The notes: generated by a model not told the origin, from the sequence alone. 64,000 nucleotides of DNA from Eledone cirrhosa (GCA_964016885.1 OZ024742.1:106020001-106084000); one strand, 5' to 3'; counted from the stretch's first letter, positions 12,652-27,271 are shown. Translations and numbers: made by a program.

Positions 12652-15600
12652 TGTCTCTTATAAGATTAGTCTTTCTCTCACCGTCTCTTACAACATCAAT
12701 CTTTCTCTCACAGTCTCTTACAACATCATTCTTTCTCTCACTGTCTCTTACAACATCAGTCTTTCTCTCACCGTCTCTTACAACATCAGTCTTTCTCTCA
12801 CCGTCTCTCACAACATCAGTCTTTCTCTCACCGTCTCTCACAACATCAGTCTTTCTCTCACCGTCTCTTACAACATCAGTCTTTCTCTCACTGTCTCTTA
12901 CAACATCATTCTTTCTCTCACTGTCTCTTACAACATCAGTCTTTCTCTCACCGTCTCTCACAACATCAGTCTTTCTCTCACCGTCTCTTACAACATCAGT
13001 CTTTCTCTCACTGTCTCTCACAACATCAGTCTTTCTCTCACCGTCTCTCACAACATCAGTCTTTCTCTCACTGTCTCTTACAACATCAGTCTTTCTCTCA
13101 CTGTCTCTTACAACAGCAGTCTTTCTCTCACTGTCTCTCACAACATCAGTCTTTCTCTCACCGTCTCTCATAACATCAGTCTTTCTCTCACCGTCTCTCA
13201 TAACATCAGTCTTTCTCTCACCGTCTCTTACAACATCAGTCTTTCTCTCACTGTCTCTCACAACATCAGTCTTTCTCTCACCGTCTCTCACAACATCAGT
13301 CTTTCTCTCACCGTCTCTCACAACATCAGTCTTTCTCTCACCGTCTCTCATAACATCAGTCTTTCTCTCACTGTCTCTTACAACATCAGTCTTTCTCTCA
13401 CCGTCTCTTACAACATCAGTCTTTCTCTCACCGTCTCCCACAACATCAGTCTTTCTCTCACTGTCTCTTACAACATCAGTCTTTCTCTCACCGTCTCTTA
13501 CAACATCAGTCTTTCTCTCACTGTCTCTCACAACATCAGTCTTTCTCTCACCGTCTCTCACAACATCAGTCTTTCTCTCACCGTCTCTCACAACATCAGT
13601 CTTTCTCTCACCGTCTCTTACAACATCATTCTTTCTCTCACTGTCTCTTACAACATCAGTCTTTCTCTCACAGTCTCTTACAACATCATTCTTTCTCTCA
13701 CTGTCTCTTACAACATCAGTCTTTCTCTCACTGTCTCTTACAACATCAGTCTTTCTCTCACTGTCTCTCACAACATCAGTCTTTCTCTCACCGTCTCTTA
13801 CAACATCAGTCTTTCTCTCACCGTCTCTTACAACATCAGTCTTTCTCTCACTGTCTCTTACAACATCAGTCTTTCTCTCACTGTCTCTTACAACATCAGT
13901 CTTTCTCTCACCGTCTCTCACAACATCAGTCTTTCTCTCACCGTCTCTTACAACATCAGTCTTTCTCTCACTGTCTCTTACAACATCAGTCTTTCTCTCA
14001 CCGTCTCTTACAACATCAGTCTTTCTCTCACCGTCTCTTAAAACATCAGTCTTTCTCTCACTGTCTCTTACAACATCAGTCTTTCTCTCACTGTCTCTTA
14101 CAACATCAGTCTTTCTCTCACCGTCTCTCATAACATCAGTCTTTCTCTCACCGTCTCTTACAACATCAGTCTTTCTCTCACTGTCTCTTACAACATCAGT
14201 CTTTCTCTCACTGTCTCTTACAACATCAGTCTTTCTCTCACCGTCTCTCACAACATCAGTCTTTCTCTCACCGTCTCTCATAACATCAGTCTTTCTCTCA
14301 CCGTCTCTCACAACATCAGTCTTTCTCTCACCGTCTCTTACAACATCAGTCTTTCTCTCACTGTCTCTCACAACATCAGTCTTTCTCTCACCGTCTCTTA
14401 CAACATCAGTCTTTCTCTCACTGTCTCTTACAACATCAGTCTTTCTCTCACCGTCTCTCACAACATCAGTCTTTCTCTCACCGTCTCTCATAACATCAGT
14501 CTTTCTCTCACCGTCTCTCACAACATCAGTCTTTCTCTCACCGTCTCTCACCACATCAGTCTTTCTCTCACTGTCTCTTACAACATCAGTCTTTCTCTCA
14601 CCGTCTCTTACAACATCAGTCTTTCTCTCACCGTCTCTTACAACATCAGTCTTTCTCTCACTGTCTCTTACAACATCAGTCTTTCTCTCAGCGTCTCTTA
14701 CAACATCAGTCTTTCTCTCACCGTCTCTTACAACATCAGTCTTTCTCTCACTGTCTCTTACAACATCAGTCTTTCTCTCACCGTCTCTCACAACATCAGT
14801 CTTTCTCTCACCGTCTCTCATAACATCAGTCTTTCTCTCACTGTCTCTTACAACATCAGTCTTTCTCTCACCGTCTCTTACAACATCAGTCTTTCTCTCA
14901 CCGTCTCCCACAACATCAGTCTTTCTCTCACTGTCTCTTACAACATCAGTCTTTCTCTCACCGTCTCTTACAACATCAGTCTTTCTCTCACTGTCTCTCA
15001 CAACATCAGTCTTTCTCTCACCGTCTCTCACAACATCACTCTTTCTCTCACCGTCTCTCACAACATCAGTCTTTCTCTCACCGTCTCTTACAACATCAGT
15101 CTTTCTCTCACTGTCTCTCACAACATCAGTCTTTCTCTCACCGTCTCTCACAACATCAGTCTTTCTCTCACCGTCTCTCACAACACCAGTCTTTCTCTCA
15201 CTGTCTCTTACAACAATCAGTCTTTCTCTCACCGTCTCTTACAACATCAGTCTTTCTCTCACTGTCTCTTACAACATCAGTCTTTCTCTCACCGTCTCTT
15301 ACAACATCAGTCTTTCTCTCACCGTCTCTTACAACATCAGTCTTTCTCTCACTGTCTCTCACAACATCAGTCTTTCTCTCACCGTCTCTTACAACATCAG
15401 TCTTTCTCTCACCGTCTCTTACAACATCAGTCTTTCTCTCACTGTCTCTCACAACATCAGTCTTTCTCTCACTGTCTCTTACAACATCAGTCTTTCTCTC
15501 ACTGTCTCTTACAACATCAGTCTTTCTCTCACTGTCTCTCACAACATCAGTCTTTCTCTCACCGTCTCTTACAACATCAGTCTTTCTCTCACCGTCTCTT

Positions 15601-18600
15601 ACAACATCAGTCTTTCTCTCACCGTCTCTCACAACATCAGTCTTTCTCTCACCGTCTGTTACAACATCAGTCTTTCTCTCACCGTCTCTCACAACATCAG
15701 TCTTTCTCTCACCGTCTCTCACAACATCAGTCTTTCTCTCACCGTCTCTCACAACATCAGTCTTTCTCTCACCGTCTCTTACAACATCAGTCTTTCTCTC
15801 ACCGTCTCTTACAACATCAGTCTTTCTCTCACCGTCTCTCACAACATCAGTCTTTCTCTCACCGTCTCTTACAACATTAGTCTTTCTCTCACTGTCTCTT
15901 ACAACATCAGTCTTTCTCTCACTGTCTCTTACAACATCAGTCTTTCTCTCACCGTCTCTCACAACATCAGTCTTTCTCTCACCGCCTCTTACAACATCAG
16001 TCTTTCTCTCACCGTCTCTTACAACATCAGTCTTTCTCTCACCGTCTCTTACAACATCAGTCTTTCTCTCACCGTCTCTTACAACATCAGTCTTTCTCTC
16101 ACCGTCTCTTACAACATCAGTCTTTCTCTCACCGTCTCTCACAACATCAGTCTTTCTCTCACCGTCTCTTACAACATCAGTCTTTCTCTCACCGTCTCTC
16201 ACAACATCAGTCTTTCTCTCACTGTCTCTCACAACATCAGTCTTTCTCTCACCGTCTCTCACAACATCAGTCTTTCTCTCACTGTCTCTTACAACATCAG
16301 TCTTTCTCTCACCGTCTCTCACAACATCAGTCTTTCTCTCACTGTCTCTCACAACATCAGTCTTTCTCTCACCGTCTCTCACAACATCAGTCTTTCTCTC
16401 ACTGTCTCTTACAACATCAGTCTTTCTCTCACCGTCTCTCACAACATCAGTCTTTCTCTCACCGTCTCTTACAACATCAGTCTTTCTCTTACCGTCTCTT
16501 ACAACATCACTCTTTCTCTCACCGTCTCTTACAACATCAGTCTTTCTCTCACCGTCTCTTACAACATCAGTCTTTCTCTCACCGTCTCTTACAACATCAG
16601 TCTTTCTCTCACTGTCTCTCACAACATCAGTCTTTCTCTCACCGTCTCTTACAACATCAGTCTTTCTCTCACCGTCTCTTACAACATCAGTCTTTCTCTC
16701 ACCGTCTCTTACAACATCAGTCTTTCTCTCACCGTCTCTTACAACATCAGTCTTTCTCTCGCCGTCTCTTACAACATCAGTCTTTCTCTCACCGTCTCTT
16801 ACAACATCAGTCTTTCTCTCACCGTCTCTTACAACATCAGTCTTTCTCTCACTGTCTCTCACAACATCAGTCTTTCTCTCACCGTCTCTCACAACATCAG
16901 TCTTTCTCTCACCGTCTCTTACAACATCAGTCTTTCTCTCACCACCGTCTCTTACAACATCAGTCTTTCTCTCACCACCGTCTCTTACAACATCAGTCTT
17001 TCTCTCACCGTCTCTTACAACATCAGTCTTTCTCTCACCGTCTCTTACAACATCAGTCTTTCTCTCACCGTCTCTCACAACATCAGTCTTTCTCTCACCG
17101 TCTCTTACAACATCAGTCTTTCTCTCACCGTCTCTTACAACATCAGTCTTTCTCTCACCGTCTCTTACAACATCAGTCTTTCTCACACCGTCTCTTACAA
17201 CATCAGTCTTTCTCTCACTGTCTCTCACAACATCAGTCTTTCTCTCACCGTCTCTCACAACATCAGTCTTTCTCTCACCGTCTCTTACAACATCAGTCTT
17301 TCTCTCACCGTCTCTCACAACATCAGTCTTTCTCTCACCGTCTCTTACAACATCAGTCTTTCTCTCACCGTCTCTCACAACGTCAGTCTTTCTCTCACTG
17401 TCTCTTACAACATCAGTCTTTCTCTCACCGTCTCTCACAACATCAGTCTTTCTCCCACTGTCTCTCACAACATCAGTCTTTCTCTCACCGTCTCTTACAA
17501 CATCAGTCTTTCTCTCACCGTCTCTTACAACATCAGTCTTTCTCTCACCGTCTCTTACAACATCAGTCTTTCTCTCACCGTCTCTTACAACATCAGTCTT
17601 TCTCTCGCCGTCTCTTACAACATCAGTCTTTCTCTCACCGTCTCTTACAACATCAGTCTTTCTCTCACCGTCTCTTACAACATCAGTCTTTCTCTCACTG
17701 TCTCTCACAACATCAGTCTTTCTCTCACCGTCTCTCACAACATCAGTCTTTCTCTCACCGTCTCTTACAACATCAGTCTTTCTCTCACCACCGTCTCTTA
17801 CAACATCAGTCTTTCTCTCACCACCGTCTCTTACAACATCAGTCTTTCTCTCACCGTCTCTTACAACATCAGTCTTTCTCTCACCACCGTCTCTTACAAC
17901 ATCAGTCTTTCTCTCAACACCGTCTCTTACAACATCAGTCTTTCTCTCACCGTCTCTTACAACATCAGTCTTTCTCTCACCGTCTCTCACAACATCAGTC
18001 TTTCTCTCACCGTCTCTTACAACATCAGTCTTTCTCTCACCGTCTCTTACAACATCAGTCTTTCTCTCACCGTCTCTTACAACATCAGTCTTTCTCTCAC
18101 CGTCTCTTACAACATCAGTCTTTCTCTCACTGTCTCTCACAACATCAGTCTTTCTCTCACCGTCTCTCACAACATCAGTCTTTCTCTCACCGTCTCTTAC
18201 AACATCAGTCTTTCTCTCACCGTCTCTCACAACATTGGTCTTTCTCTCACCGTCTCTTACAACATCAGTCTTTCTCTCACCGTCTCTCACAACGTCAGTC
18301 TTTCTCTCACTGTCTCTTACAACATCAGTCTTTCTCTCACCGTCTCTCACAACATCAGTCTTTCTCCCACTGTCTCTCACAACATCAGTCTTTCTCTCAA
18401 CTGTCTCTTACAACATCAGTCTTTCTCTAACTGTCTCTCACAACATCAGTCTTTCTCTCAACTGTCTCTTACAACATCAGTCTTTCTCTCACCGTCTCTT
18501 ACAACATCAGTCTTTCTCTCACTGTCTCTCACAACATCAGTCTTTCTCTCACTGTCTCTCACAACATCAGTCTTTCTCTCACCGTCTCTCACAACATCAG

Positions 18601-20151
18601 TCTTTCTCTCACCGTCTCTTACAACATCAGTCTTTCTCTCACCGTCTCTCACAACATCAGTCTTTCTCCCACCGTCTCTTACAACATCAGTCTTTCTCTC
18701 ACTGTCTCTTACAACATCAGTCTTTCTCTCACCGTCTCTTACAACATCAGTCTTTCTCTCACCGTCTCTTACAACATCAGTCTTTCTCTCACTGTCTCTC
18801 ACAACATCAGTCTTTCTCTCACTGTCTCTCACAACATCAGTCTTTCTCTCACTGTCTCTTACAACATCAGTCTTTCTCTCACTGTCTCTCACAACATCAG
18901 TCTTTCTCTCACTGTCTCTCACAACATCAGTCTTTCTCTCACTGTCTCTTACAACATCAGTCTTTCTCTCACCGTCTCTTACAACATCAGTCTTTCTCTC
19001 ACCGTCTCTTACAACATCAGTCTTTCTCTCACCGTCTCTTACAACATCAGTCTTTCTCTCACTGTCTCTTACAACATCAGTCTTTCTCTCACCGTCTCTT
19101 ACAACATCAGTCTTTCTCTCACCGTCTCTTACAACATCAGTCTTTCTCTCACCGTCTCTTACAACATCAGTCTTTCTCTCACCGTCTCTTACAACATCAG
19201 TCTTTCTCTCACTGTCTCTTACAACATCAGTCTTTCTCTCACTGTCTCTTACAACATCAGTCTTTCTCTCACTGTCTCTCACAACATCAGTCTTTCTCTC
19301 ACTGTCTCTCACAACATCACTCTTTCTCTCACTGTCTCTTACAACATCAGTCTTTCTCTCACCGTCTCTTACAACATCAGTCTTTCTCTCACCGTCTCTC
19401 ACAACATCAGTCTTTCTCTCACTGTCTCTCACAACATCAGTCTTTCTCTCACCGTCTCTCACAACATCAGTCTTTCTCCCACCGTCTCTTACAACATCAG
19501 TCTTTCTCTCACTGTCTCTTACAACATCAGTCTTTCTCTCACTGTCTCTTACAACATCAGTCTTTCTCTCACCGTCTCTTACAACATCAGTCTTTCTCTC
19601 ACCGTCTCTCACAACATCAGTCTTTCTCTCACTGTCTCTTACAACATCAGTCTTTCTCTCACTGTCTCTCACAACATCAATCTTTCTCTCACTGTCTCTC
19701 ACAACATCAGTCTTTCTCTCACTGTCTCTTACAACATCAGTCTTTCTCTCACTGTCTCTCACAACATCAGTCTTTCTCTCACTGTCTCTTACAACATCAG
19801 TCTTTCTCTCACCGTCTCTTACAACATCAGACTTTCTCTCACCGTCTCTTACAACATCAGTCTTTCTCTCACAGTCTCTTACAACATCAGTCTTTCTCTC
19901 ACTGTCTCTTACAACATCAGTCTTTCTCTCACTGTCTCTCACAACATCAGTCTTTCTCTCACTGTCTCTTACAACATCAGTCTTTCTCTCACCGTCTCTC
20001 ACAACATCAGTCTTTCTCTCACTGTCTCTCACAACATCAGTCTTTCTCTCACTGTCTCTTACAACATCAGTCTTTCTCTCACCGTCTCCTACAACATCAA
20101 TCTTTCTCTCACCGTCTCTCACAACATCAGTCTTTCTCTCACTGTCTCTCA
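12652..20151. repeat. 30-bp minisatellite, ~250 copies, consensus CAACATCAGTCTTTCTCTCACYGTCTCTYA
   Basis: Directly visible head-to-tail array with two C/T variable positions and rare indels (+A, +CCA). Confidence 0.99.
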
Positions 20152-20681
20152 CACACATACTTTCTCATTCATTCATACACACGCACTTTATCTCCCTTCC
20201 CAGTTCTCCCACACCTAACTTTATAAACTTAACCCCTTCCTCCTCCTCTTTCCCCTCCCTCCCCCCTCGTCGCTCGTCCCCCCCAGTCGGCTTACACCAT
20301 TCACCCCTCCCTTTCCTCTCGCCCAATTCCCTCTTGACTCTAACTGCTACTTCTTTCCCATCATCTCTCTCTCTCACTCTCTCTCTCTCCGCCACTCTTT
20401 TTCTTTCCTTCCTCTCTTTCACTTGATCCCCTCCCACTATTTCACACACATATCTCTCTCTCTTCCTCTCCTTAGTGAAAGTAAATCGTTGCCGCCTTTG
20501 GAGCTTAAAAGACATTCAGAGCGAACCACCTATGGAGTTAGACTTGTTGTGAAACATCTATATATACGCTTTACCTTGCTTTACTATTATATATTTATAT
20601 ACGTGGCCTGTACATACACACAGACATATATATATATACACTAACATACATTAACACCCCCCCACTCACCCATATATACAT

Positions 20682-20750
<69 letters not shown>

Positions 20751-20789
20751 TGTACATAGTATATATATAGTGTATATATATATATAGTA

Positions 20790-20924
<135 letters not shown>

Positions 20925-21361
20925 GGATATAAGTTGTAGCTGTACACATACACACACACATATATATAAGCGCATATAAATATCCATACACATCGATATA
21001 CACTCACTGCAGGAGGTGGAAATGTTTTCCGTAAAATCGATTGTTTGAAATATAACACTTGAAATCAAATTGACGAAATCACAGGAACCCATTTGGATTA
21101 TATATAACTTTACGCCGCATATATAGATCTACTTTCCCCACACACGCACCTATATATATATATATGTGTGTGTGTATGTGTTTATGTTCACATACATACC
21201 TATACATATACATACCCACGTGAGAAGGAAGTGAAGGGTGTGTATATGTATATGTAGATAAGTGCATAAACAGAAGTGTGTGTATTCATTTGTGTTTATG
21301 TTGTCAAACAATACATTGTTCACGGAACTAAACTAACCCAGTCAAATCTCACTCTCTCTCT

Positions 21362-21460
<99 letters not shown>

Positions 21461-21510
21461 ATCACGGTCAACTTCACTATCAGCATCACAAAACAATTTA
21501 TGACTGTCAT

Positions 21511-21528
21511 ATTTTAAACTTTCTTCAG
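21511..21528 (+). promoter_or_regulatory. Candidate splice acceptor upstream of the netrin coding exon (5'UTR intron)
   Basis: Pyrimidine-rich attttaaactttcttcAG ends at 21528, 94 bp before the first ATG. No upstream exon was identified. Confidence 0.45.
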
Positions 21529-21622
21529 AGTTTTCCATGGTTTCGCCTGGATGCTGAGACAATTATCATCACATCTCTGCTGGTGGTGGATTTAGCTAAT
21601 CTAGCTTGCCATTTATACCACC

Positions 21623-22709
21623 ATGCTGCAGTCGTTATTACCAGGAATGCGACATGGTCGGTCTGATATATGTGGTACCTCACACAGAAAAACAATGGCT
21701 TCACACAGTAGTGTTCTTCGGTTCTTCTATGCAGGACTACTGCTTTGGGTCTGTTACATTTTACCGATGACAGTAGCCGAACGGATTTTGGATGATCAAC
21801 CGGCCGCACCGAATTCTTGTTATGATTCTTTGAAGAAACCAAAAATGTGCGTAGCCGAATTTGTGAATATAGCCTACGGGAAAGAAGTGGTGGCTTCATC
21901 AACGTGTGGTACTCCACCGAGTCGGTATTGTAAGTCCTCAATGGACAAGGAAGGTAAAGTAATACGGAACTGTTTCACTTGTGATGCGGAACATCCGAAG
22001 CGACGACATCCGTCTTCATATCTTACAGACAACAATAACTCAAATAATCTCACCTGTTGGATGTCAGAGCCTTTTGTGCAATACCCGAAAAATGTTACCC
22101 TCAAGTTGTCGTTGGGTAAAAAATACGAACTTACTTATATTCTACTTCAGTTCTGTTCGGCCAAACCCGATTCGATGGCCATTTACAAAAGCATGGATTT
22201 CGGCCGTTCATGGATACCTTTTCAATATTATTCCCGAAACTGCATCAAGATGTACGGGAAAAAACCTGGAGTGGTGATCACAAAAGCGAATCAGCAGGAA
22301 GCACTGTGCAGTAATGTGCACAGCAACATAAACACATCGGGGGGTACGAGAGTAGCGTTCAATACCTTGGAGAACCGACCCGCCGATTTCGATAACAGCC
22401 CTGTCCTATGGGACTGGGTCACTGCGACAGATATAATGTTTGTCTTTGACAAGTTGAGTACCCTTGGAGATGAAAATTCCGGCGAAGTCGGGGCTCGGGA
22501 GAGTTATTACTACTCCCTGTCCAACCTGGCGGTCGGGGGCCGCTGCAAATGCAACGGCCACGCCAATTCGTGCGGAAAAAACAGCGAAGGTCAAGCCGTG
22601 TGCAATTGTCAACATAACACGGCTGGAGCTTCGTGTGAGAGGTGCAAACCCTTTCATTTCGATATACCATGGTCAAGAGCAACGGAACAAAATGCGAAGG
22701 AGTGTGTCA
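21623..22709 (+). CDS. netrin: Netrin (netrin-1/UNC-6 family), first coding exon: signal peptide, laminin N-terminal (VI) domain, EGF repeat V-1; gene continues beyond the window
   Basis: Translation contains netrin-diagnostic motifs: EFVNIAYGKEVVASSTCG, YLTDNNNSNNLTCW, LSLGKKYELTY, PDSMAIYKSMDFG, DFDNSPVLWDWVTATDI, VGGRCKCNGHA, CQHNTAG..CERCKPFHFD.PW.RAT..AKECV. Homology stops at GTC A|GTAAGT (donor 22710-22711, phase 1) after EGF1. ATG 21623 is in a CCACCATG context. An in-frame ATG at 21695 (M25) directly precedes the hydrophobic signal peptide and may be the real start. Confidence 0.96.
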
Positions 22710-22935
22710 GTAAGTATTCTCAAAAGTCTTGTTTATCAACAAATGTTTGTTTTATCTTTATAATGTGTAAATTGATCTTTATAAATACACACCGGCATGT
22801 ATATATTTGTTATTGTTAATGTATATATATATATCACGCTCACAACACAATGTCATATATATATTATATACATATATACATATATATATATATATATCAC
22901 GCTCACAACACAATGTCATATATATATTATATACA

Positions 22936-22966
<31 letters not shown>

Positions 22967-23192
22967 GGGTGTGGGTGTGTGTGTGTGTGTGTGTGTGTCT
23001 GTGAGGTGGGGTGTGAGAGAATGTGTTCATATTTTCATAGCAATAACAGACACGCTGTACGCATTAACCCACCAATTATATCTATTGATATATCTTTACA
23101 CATGCACACACTCATGCACACAAACATACCTACTTATTTACCTGTAACTGTTTGTATATCTATATATATATATATATATATATTCATATATC

Positions 23193-23223
<31 letters not shown>

Positions 23224-23362
23224 ATAATAATAAATTTGAAGACTAAAATCCAAGGAGGGCTCGATAAGGATAAATATATATCAAATATATAAGAACCGTA
23301 GAGCATCTGTTATTTTAATAAATATATATATATATATATGAATATATGCGTGTGTGTTTGTA

Positions 23363-23407
<45 letters not shown>

Positions 23408-23524
23408 ATATGCGCCTTGCCTGTAACATAGCTATTCAACAAAAGGTAATTGATATGGTTGACTAAATGAAGGCGGTGCTCGGCATGTCCACACTTTAAT
23501 TACTGAAACCACCAAAAAATATAA

Positions 23525-23854
23525 TAGTTGTCTCTACTTTTGGCACTAGGCCAGCAAATTACCAGTACATTACTGGTACTTTATTTTATCGACTCCCCCC
23601 CCCCTCCACCCCCCCCCCCCGAAAAAAAATATATAATGATGTTATTGTAATAGTAATAGTCGTAGTTTATAATTGTTTCTACTATTGGCACAAGGCCAGA
23701 AAATTACCCAGTACATTACTGGTACTTTATTTTATCGACCCCGTAAGGATGAAAGGCAAAGTTAACCTCGGCGGGATTTGAACTCAGAATGGCAAGGGCC
23801 GTAACTCTATGCGTCAAAGCATGGCGTCCGAACCTCTACCGATACTGCCAATCC
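23525..23854 (-). mobile_element. SINE S1: 3' fragment (23525-23594) and full copy (23669-23854)
   Basis: Near-identical to the S1 consensus. Confidence 0.9.
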
Positions 23855-24096
23855 AATAATGCATCTGTGTTTATATGTGCGTGTTTATATATATATATAT
23901 ATGTGTGTGTGTGTAAAGGGGGGTATGTGTGTGTGTATATATATATGTGTGTGTGTGTGTGTAGGGGGGGTATGTGTGTGTGTAGGGTGGGTGGGTATGT
24001 GTGTGTGTATATATATATGTGTGTGTGTGTGTGTAAGGGGGGGGGGGCATGTGTGTGTGTGTATATATATGTGTGTGTACATATATAGGTGTGTGC

Positions 24097-24154
<58 letters not shown>

Positions 24155-24442
24155 GTGTGTGTGTATGTATGTATGTATGTGTATGTGTGTGTATATACAT
24201 GCATGTATGCAATGAACTTATAATGAATCAGAACAGTAATGATTATTGCTGTTATTGTTGTACAGCCCCAGGTCAACCACAGTCAGCCGATCAAACCAAC
24301 GACCAAGCATCATGTATCTATTCAATATAACTATTCATTATAATGCCACTATAGATTGACTTCAGTATGTAGCTGCTATTTCTACCGGCTAGAATGACCG
24401 TCAGGATATACTATCCTAACTGGCAGTAGTTATTATTTATAT

Positions 24443-24633
24443 GGCGGTGGATTGGCAGTATCGGTAGAGGGTCGGACGCTATGCTTTGACACATAGAGTT
24501 ACGGCCCTAGCCATCCTGAGTTCGAATCCCGCCGAGATTAACTTTGCCTTTCATCCTTACTGGGGCGATAAAATAAAGTACTAGTAATACACTGGATAAT
24601 TGCTGGCCTTGTGCCAAAAAGTAGAAACAATTA
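24443..24633 (+). mobile_element. SINE S1, full length
   Basis: A/B boxes, core and tail; TSD attatttatat. Confidence 0.9.
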
Positions 24634-24640
24634 TTTATAT

Positions 24641-24900
24641 AGGTGCATGTATGACTGTGTGGTTAAGATGTTCTCTTCGTCACCACGTGGTTCCGAGTTC
24701 TGTCCCACTGCGCAGCACCTTCGGCAAGGGTCTCCCACGATAGATTCGGTTGACAAATGCCTTGTACGTGAAACCTGATAGACGGCAACTGTAATATAAT
24801 AGACATACATCCACTCGTGTTTACGATTGTAACTATCGCAGTGTTTATGTCCCGTAACTTAGCAGTTGGACAAAAGAGAGATCGCTAAATAAGTACAGGG
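24641..24900 (+). mobile_element. Second tRNA-derived SINE family (diverged)
   Basis: tgactgtgtggttaag A-box, gagttctgtccc B-box-like motif, caccttcggcaagg core-like segment. Confidence 0.55.
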
Positions 24901-25354
24901 AGCGATACCCGGAGTTTGTCAGCAGTTTAATAACTGAAACTATTTAAGTAATAAAACTGTGAAAGAATGGTGTATCAGGAAAATAGAATTGTATACATGT
25001 GTGTATGTGTATAAGTACATTCATAGATGTGTGTGTAAATATATAAAACTACTAAATTTCAAGAGTTGCTGTGGAACTGTTTCAGTGACCAGGTCGCAGA
25101 TAGTGCGACGAAAATTTTGACACCATGAAATATATGATAAATATAAAGTACAGATAACAGCTTTTCTGTGATTATAAATGACTAAAATGACTCTTCCACG
25201 CTAGAATCGTATCACGTAGAAATGTAATGTATCAGTTAATGTAACAATTATGTTTTACGATGGCTTACGAACTAGTTGTATACACAGCCCTGTATCAAAT
25301 AATTTATCAACGGTGAATATAGGGACCAATAAGATACATAGGGTGTGAAAATTG

Positions 25355-25418
<64 letters not shown>

Positions 25419-25590
25419 CACAATATATAAATACATGTACACAAATATATATACACATAACTGTATATAATGTACACGGAGGCTCACGCAGACATTCACG
25501 TACATACATTTATGCATACACACACACACGGTGTCCTAGCATAGCCTCAGCCTGTCGGCTGTAACACATAATAGGGTAATATATATATAC

Positions 25591-25700
<110 letters not shown>

Positions 25701-25899
25701 TGAGAGAGAGAGAGGGAGGGAGAGAGAGGAGAGAGAGAAGGAGGGGGCATAGATGTATAAACATTTGAAAATGTGGAGCCCCAAACACAGAAAATAACTT
25801 TCAATCAGTCCCAGCGCTTTTTTAATTTAAAAAGATTTTTTGCATAAATAATATATTTTATATATTTACAAATGTATATAATATATATGTAAGCATGTA

Positions 25900-26062
<163 letters not shown>

Positions 26063-26186
26063 ATATATATAAAGCACAAGAGCAAGAATGAAGAGTTCAT
26101 TCTACTGACATGGCTATAAAAATGATGCTTATTTGCATAATTGCAAACGAATCGAATGTTATTATTAATATTCGAAAAACTCAGAT

Positions 26187-26244
<58 letters not shown>

Positions 26245-26369
26245 TGTACACATATATATATACACACACACATGTATGTATATATATATATATACACACA
26301 CACATGTATGAATATGCGATGAAATACCAATGATGGTTGGAAAATCACTGAGGAAGGACTATTTTTATC

Positions 26370-26402
<33 letters not shown>

Positions 26403-26435
26403 TGTATGTATATATATATACACACACATATATGA

Positions 26436-26468
<33 letters not shown>

Positions 26469-26474
26469 AACAAA

Positions 26475-26672
26475 ACTTCTTCTTCGTCCACTTATTCCTG
26501 AGAAAGTCGTGGGACAGAGTTCTGAAACACCCCTTCCACCGGATTTTTGTCAGAAGCGTGTCAACTGATCCGGCTGTTTCCCCAAGCGAGACCAGCCAAC
26601 CTCATCGATGTTATTCAACCATCTTGATTGGACACTACCTCTGGGTCCCCTGCGGGTTGGTCTTGCCCGTAA
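26475..26672 (-). mobile_element. 3' end of an RTE-like LINE with a (GAA)n tail
   Basis: Minus strand reads [27 protein letters not shown] (RPRGRP..RW.D-type C-terminus), followed by a gaagaagaag tail. Confidence 0.6.
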
Positions 26673-26792
26673 ATACATATATATACCTAAATATATATAT
26701 ATACATATATATACATATAATACATATATAAAGACCCAGACATACATACACATAACTATGTGTGTATGTGTATGTATATTATGTATATAAAT

Positions 26793-26851
<59 letters not shown>

Positions 26852-26988
26852 TTTATATACGTATATATATATACATAATTATATATATATATATATAATA
26901 TATATATAAATGTATATGTATGTACATATATGTGTATGTATGTACATATATTTATATATATGTATATATATGTGTATATATATGTGTA

Positions 26989-27021
<33 letters not shown>

Positions 27022-27046
27022 GTATATATGTATATAAGTGTATATT

Positions 27047-27085
<39 letters not shown>

Positions 27086-27110
27086 ATGTATATATATATA
27101 CGTATATAAA

Positions 27111-27169
<59 letters not shown>

Positions 27170-27240
27170 ATTTATATACATAATATACATACACATACAC
27201 ACTAGTTATGTGTATGTATGTCTGGGTCTTTATATATGTA

Positions 27241-27271
<31 letters not shown>

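Noticed and set aside
12652-20151. CRISPR-like array
   Set aside because: Units are contiguous with no unique spacers, there are no cas genes, and the context is eukaryotic.
12602-20426. Very long ORFs (up to 2591 aa; SLTTSVFLSP / VVRDGERKTD repeats)
   Set aside because: By-product of a 30-bp unit lacking stops in several frames on both strands. Frame-shifting indels occur in the array, and there is no unique domain or splice context.
22710-22819. C-terminal part of the 398-aa netrin ORF
   Set aside because: Homology ends at a canonical GTAAGT donor; the remainder is intron read-through.
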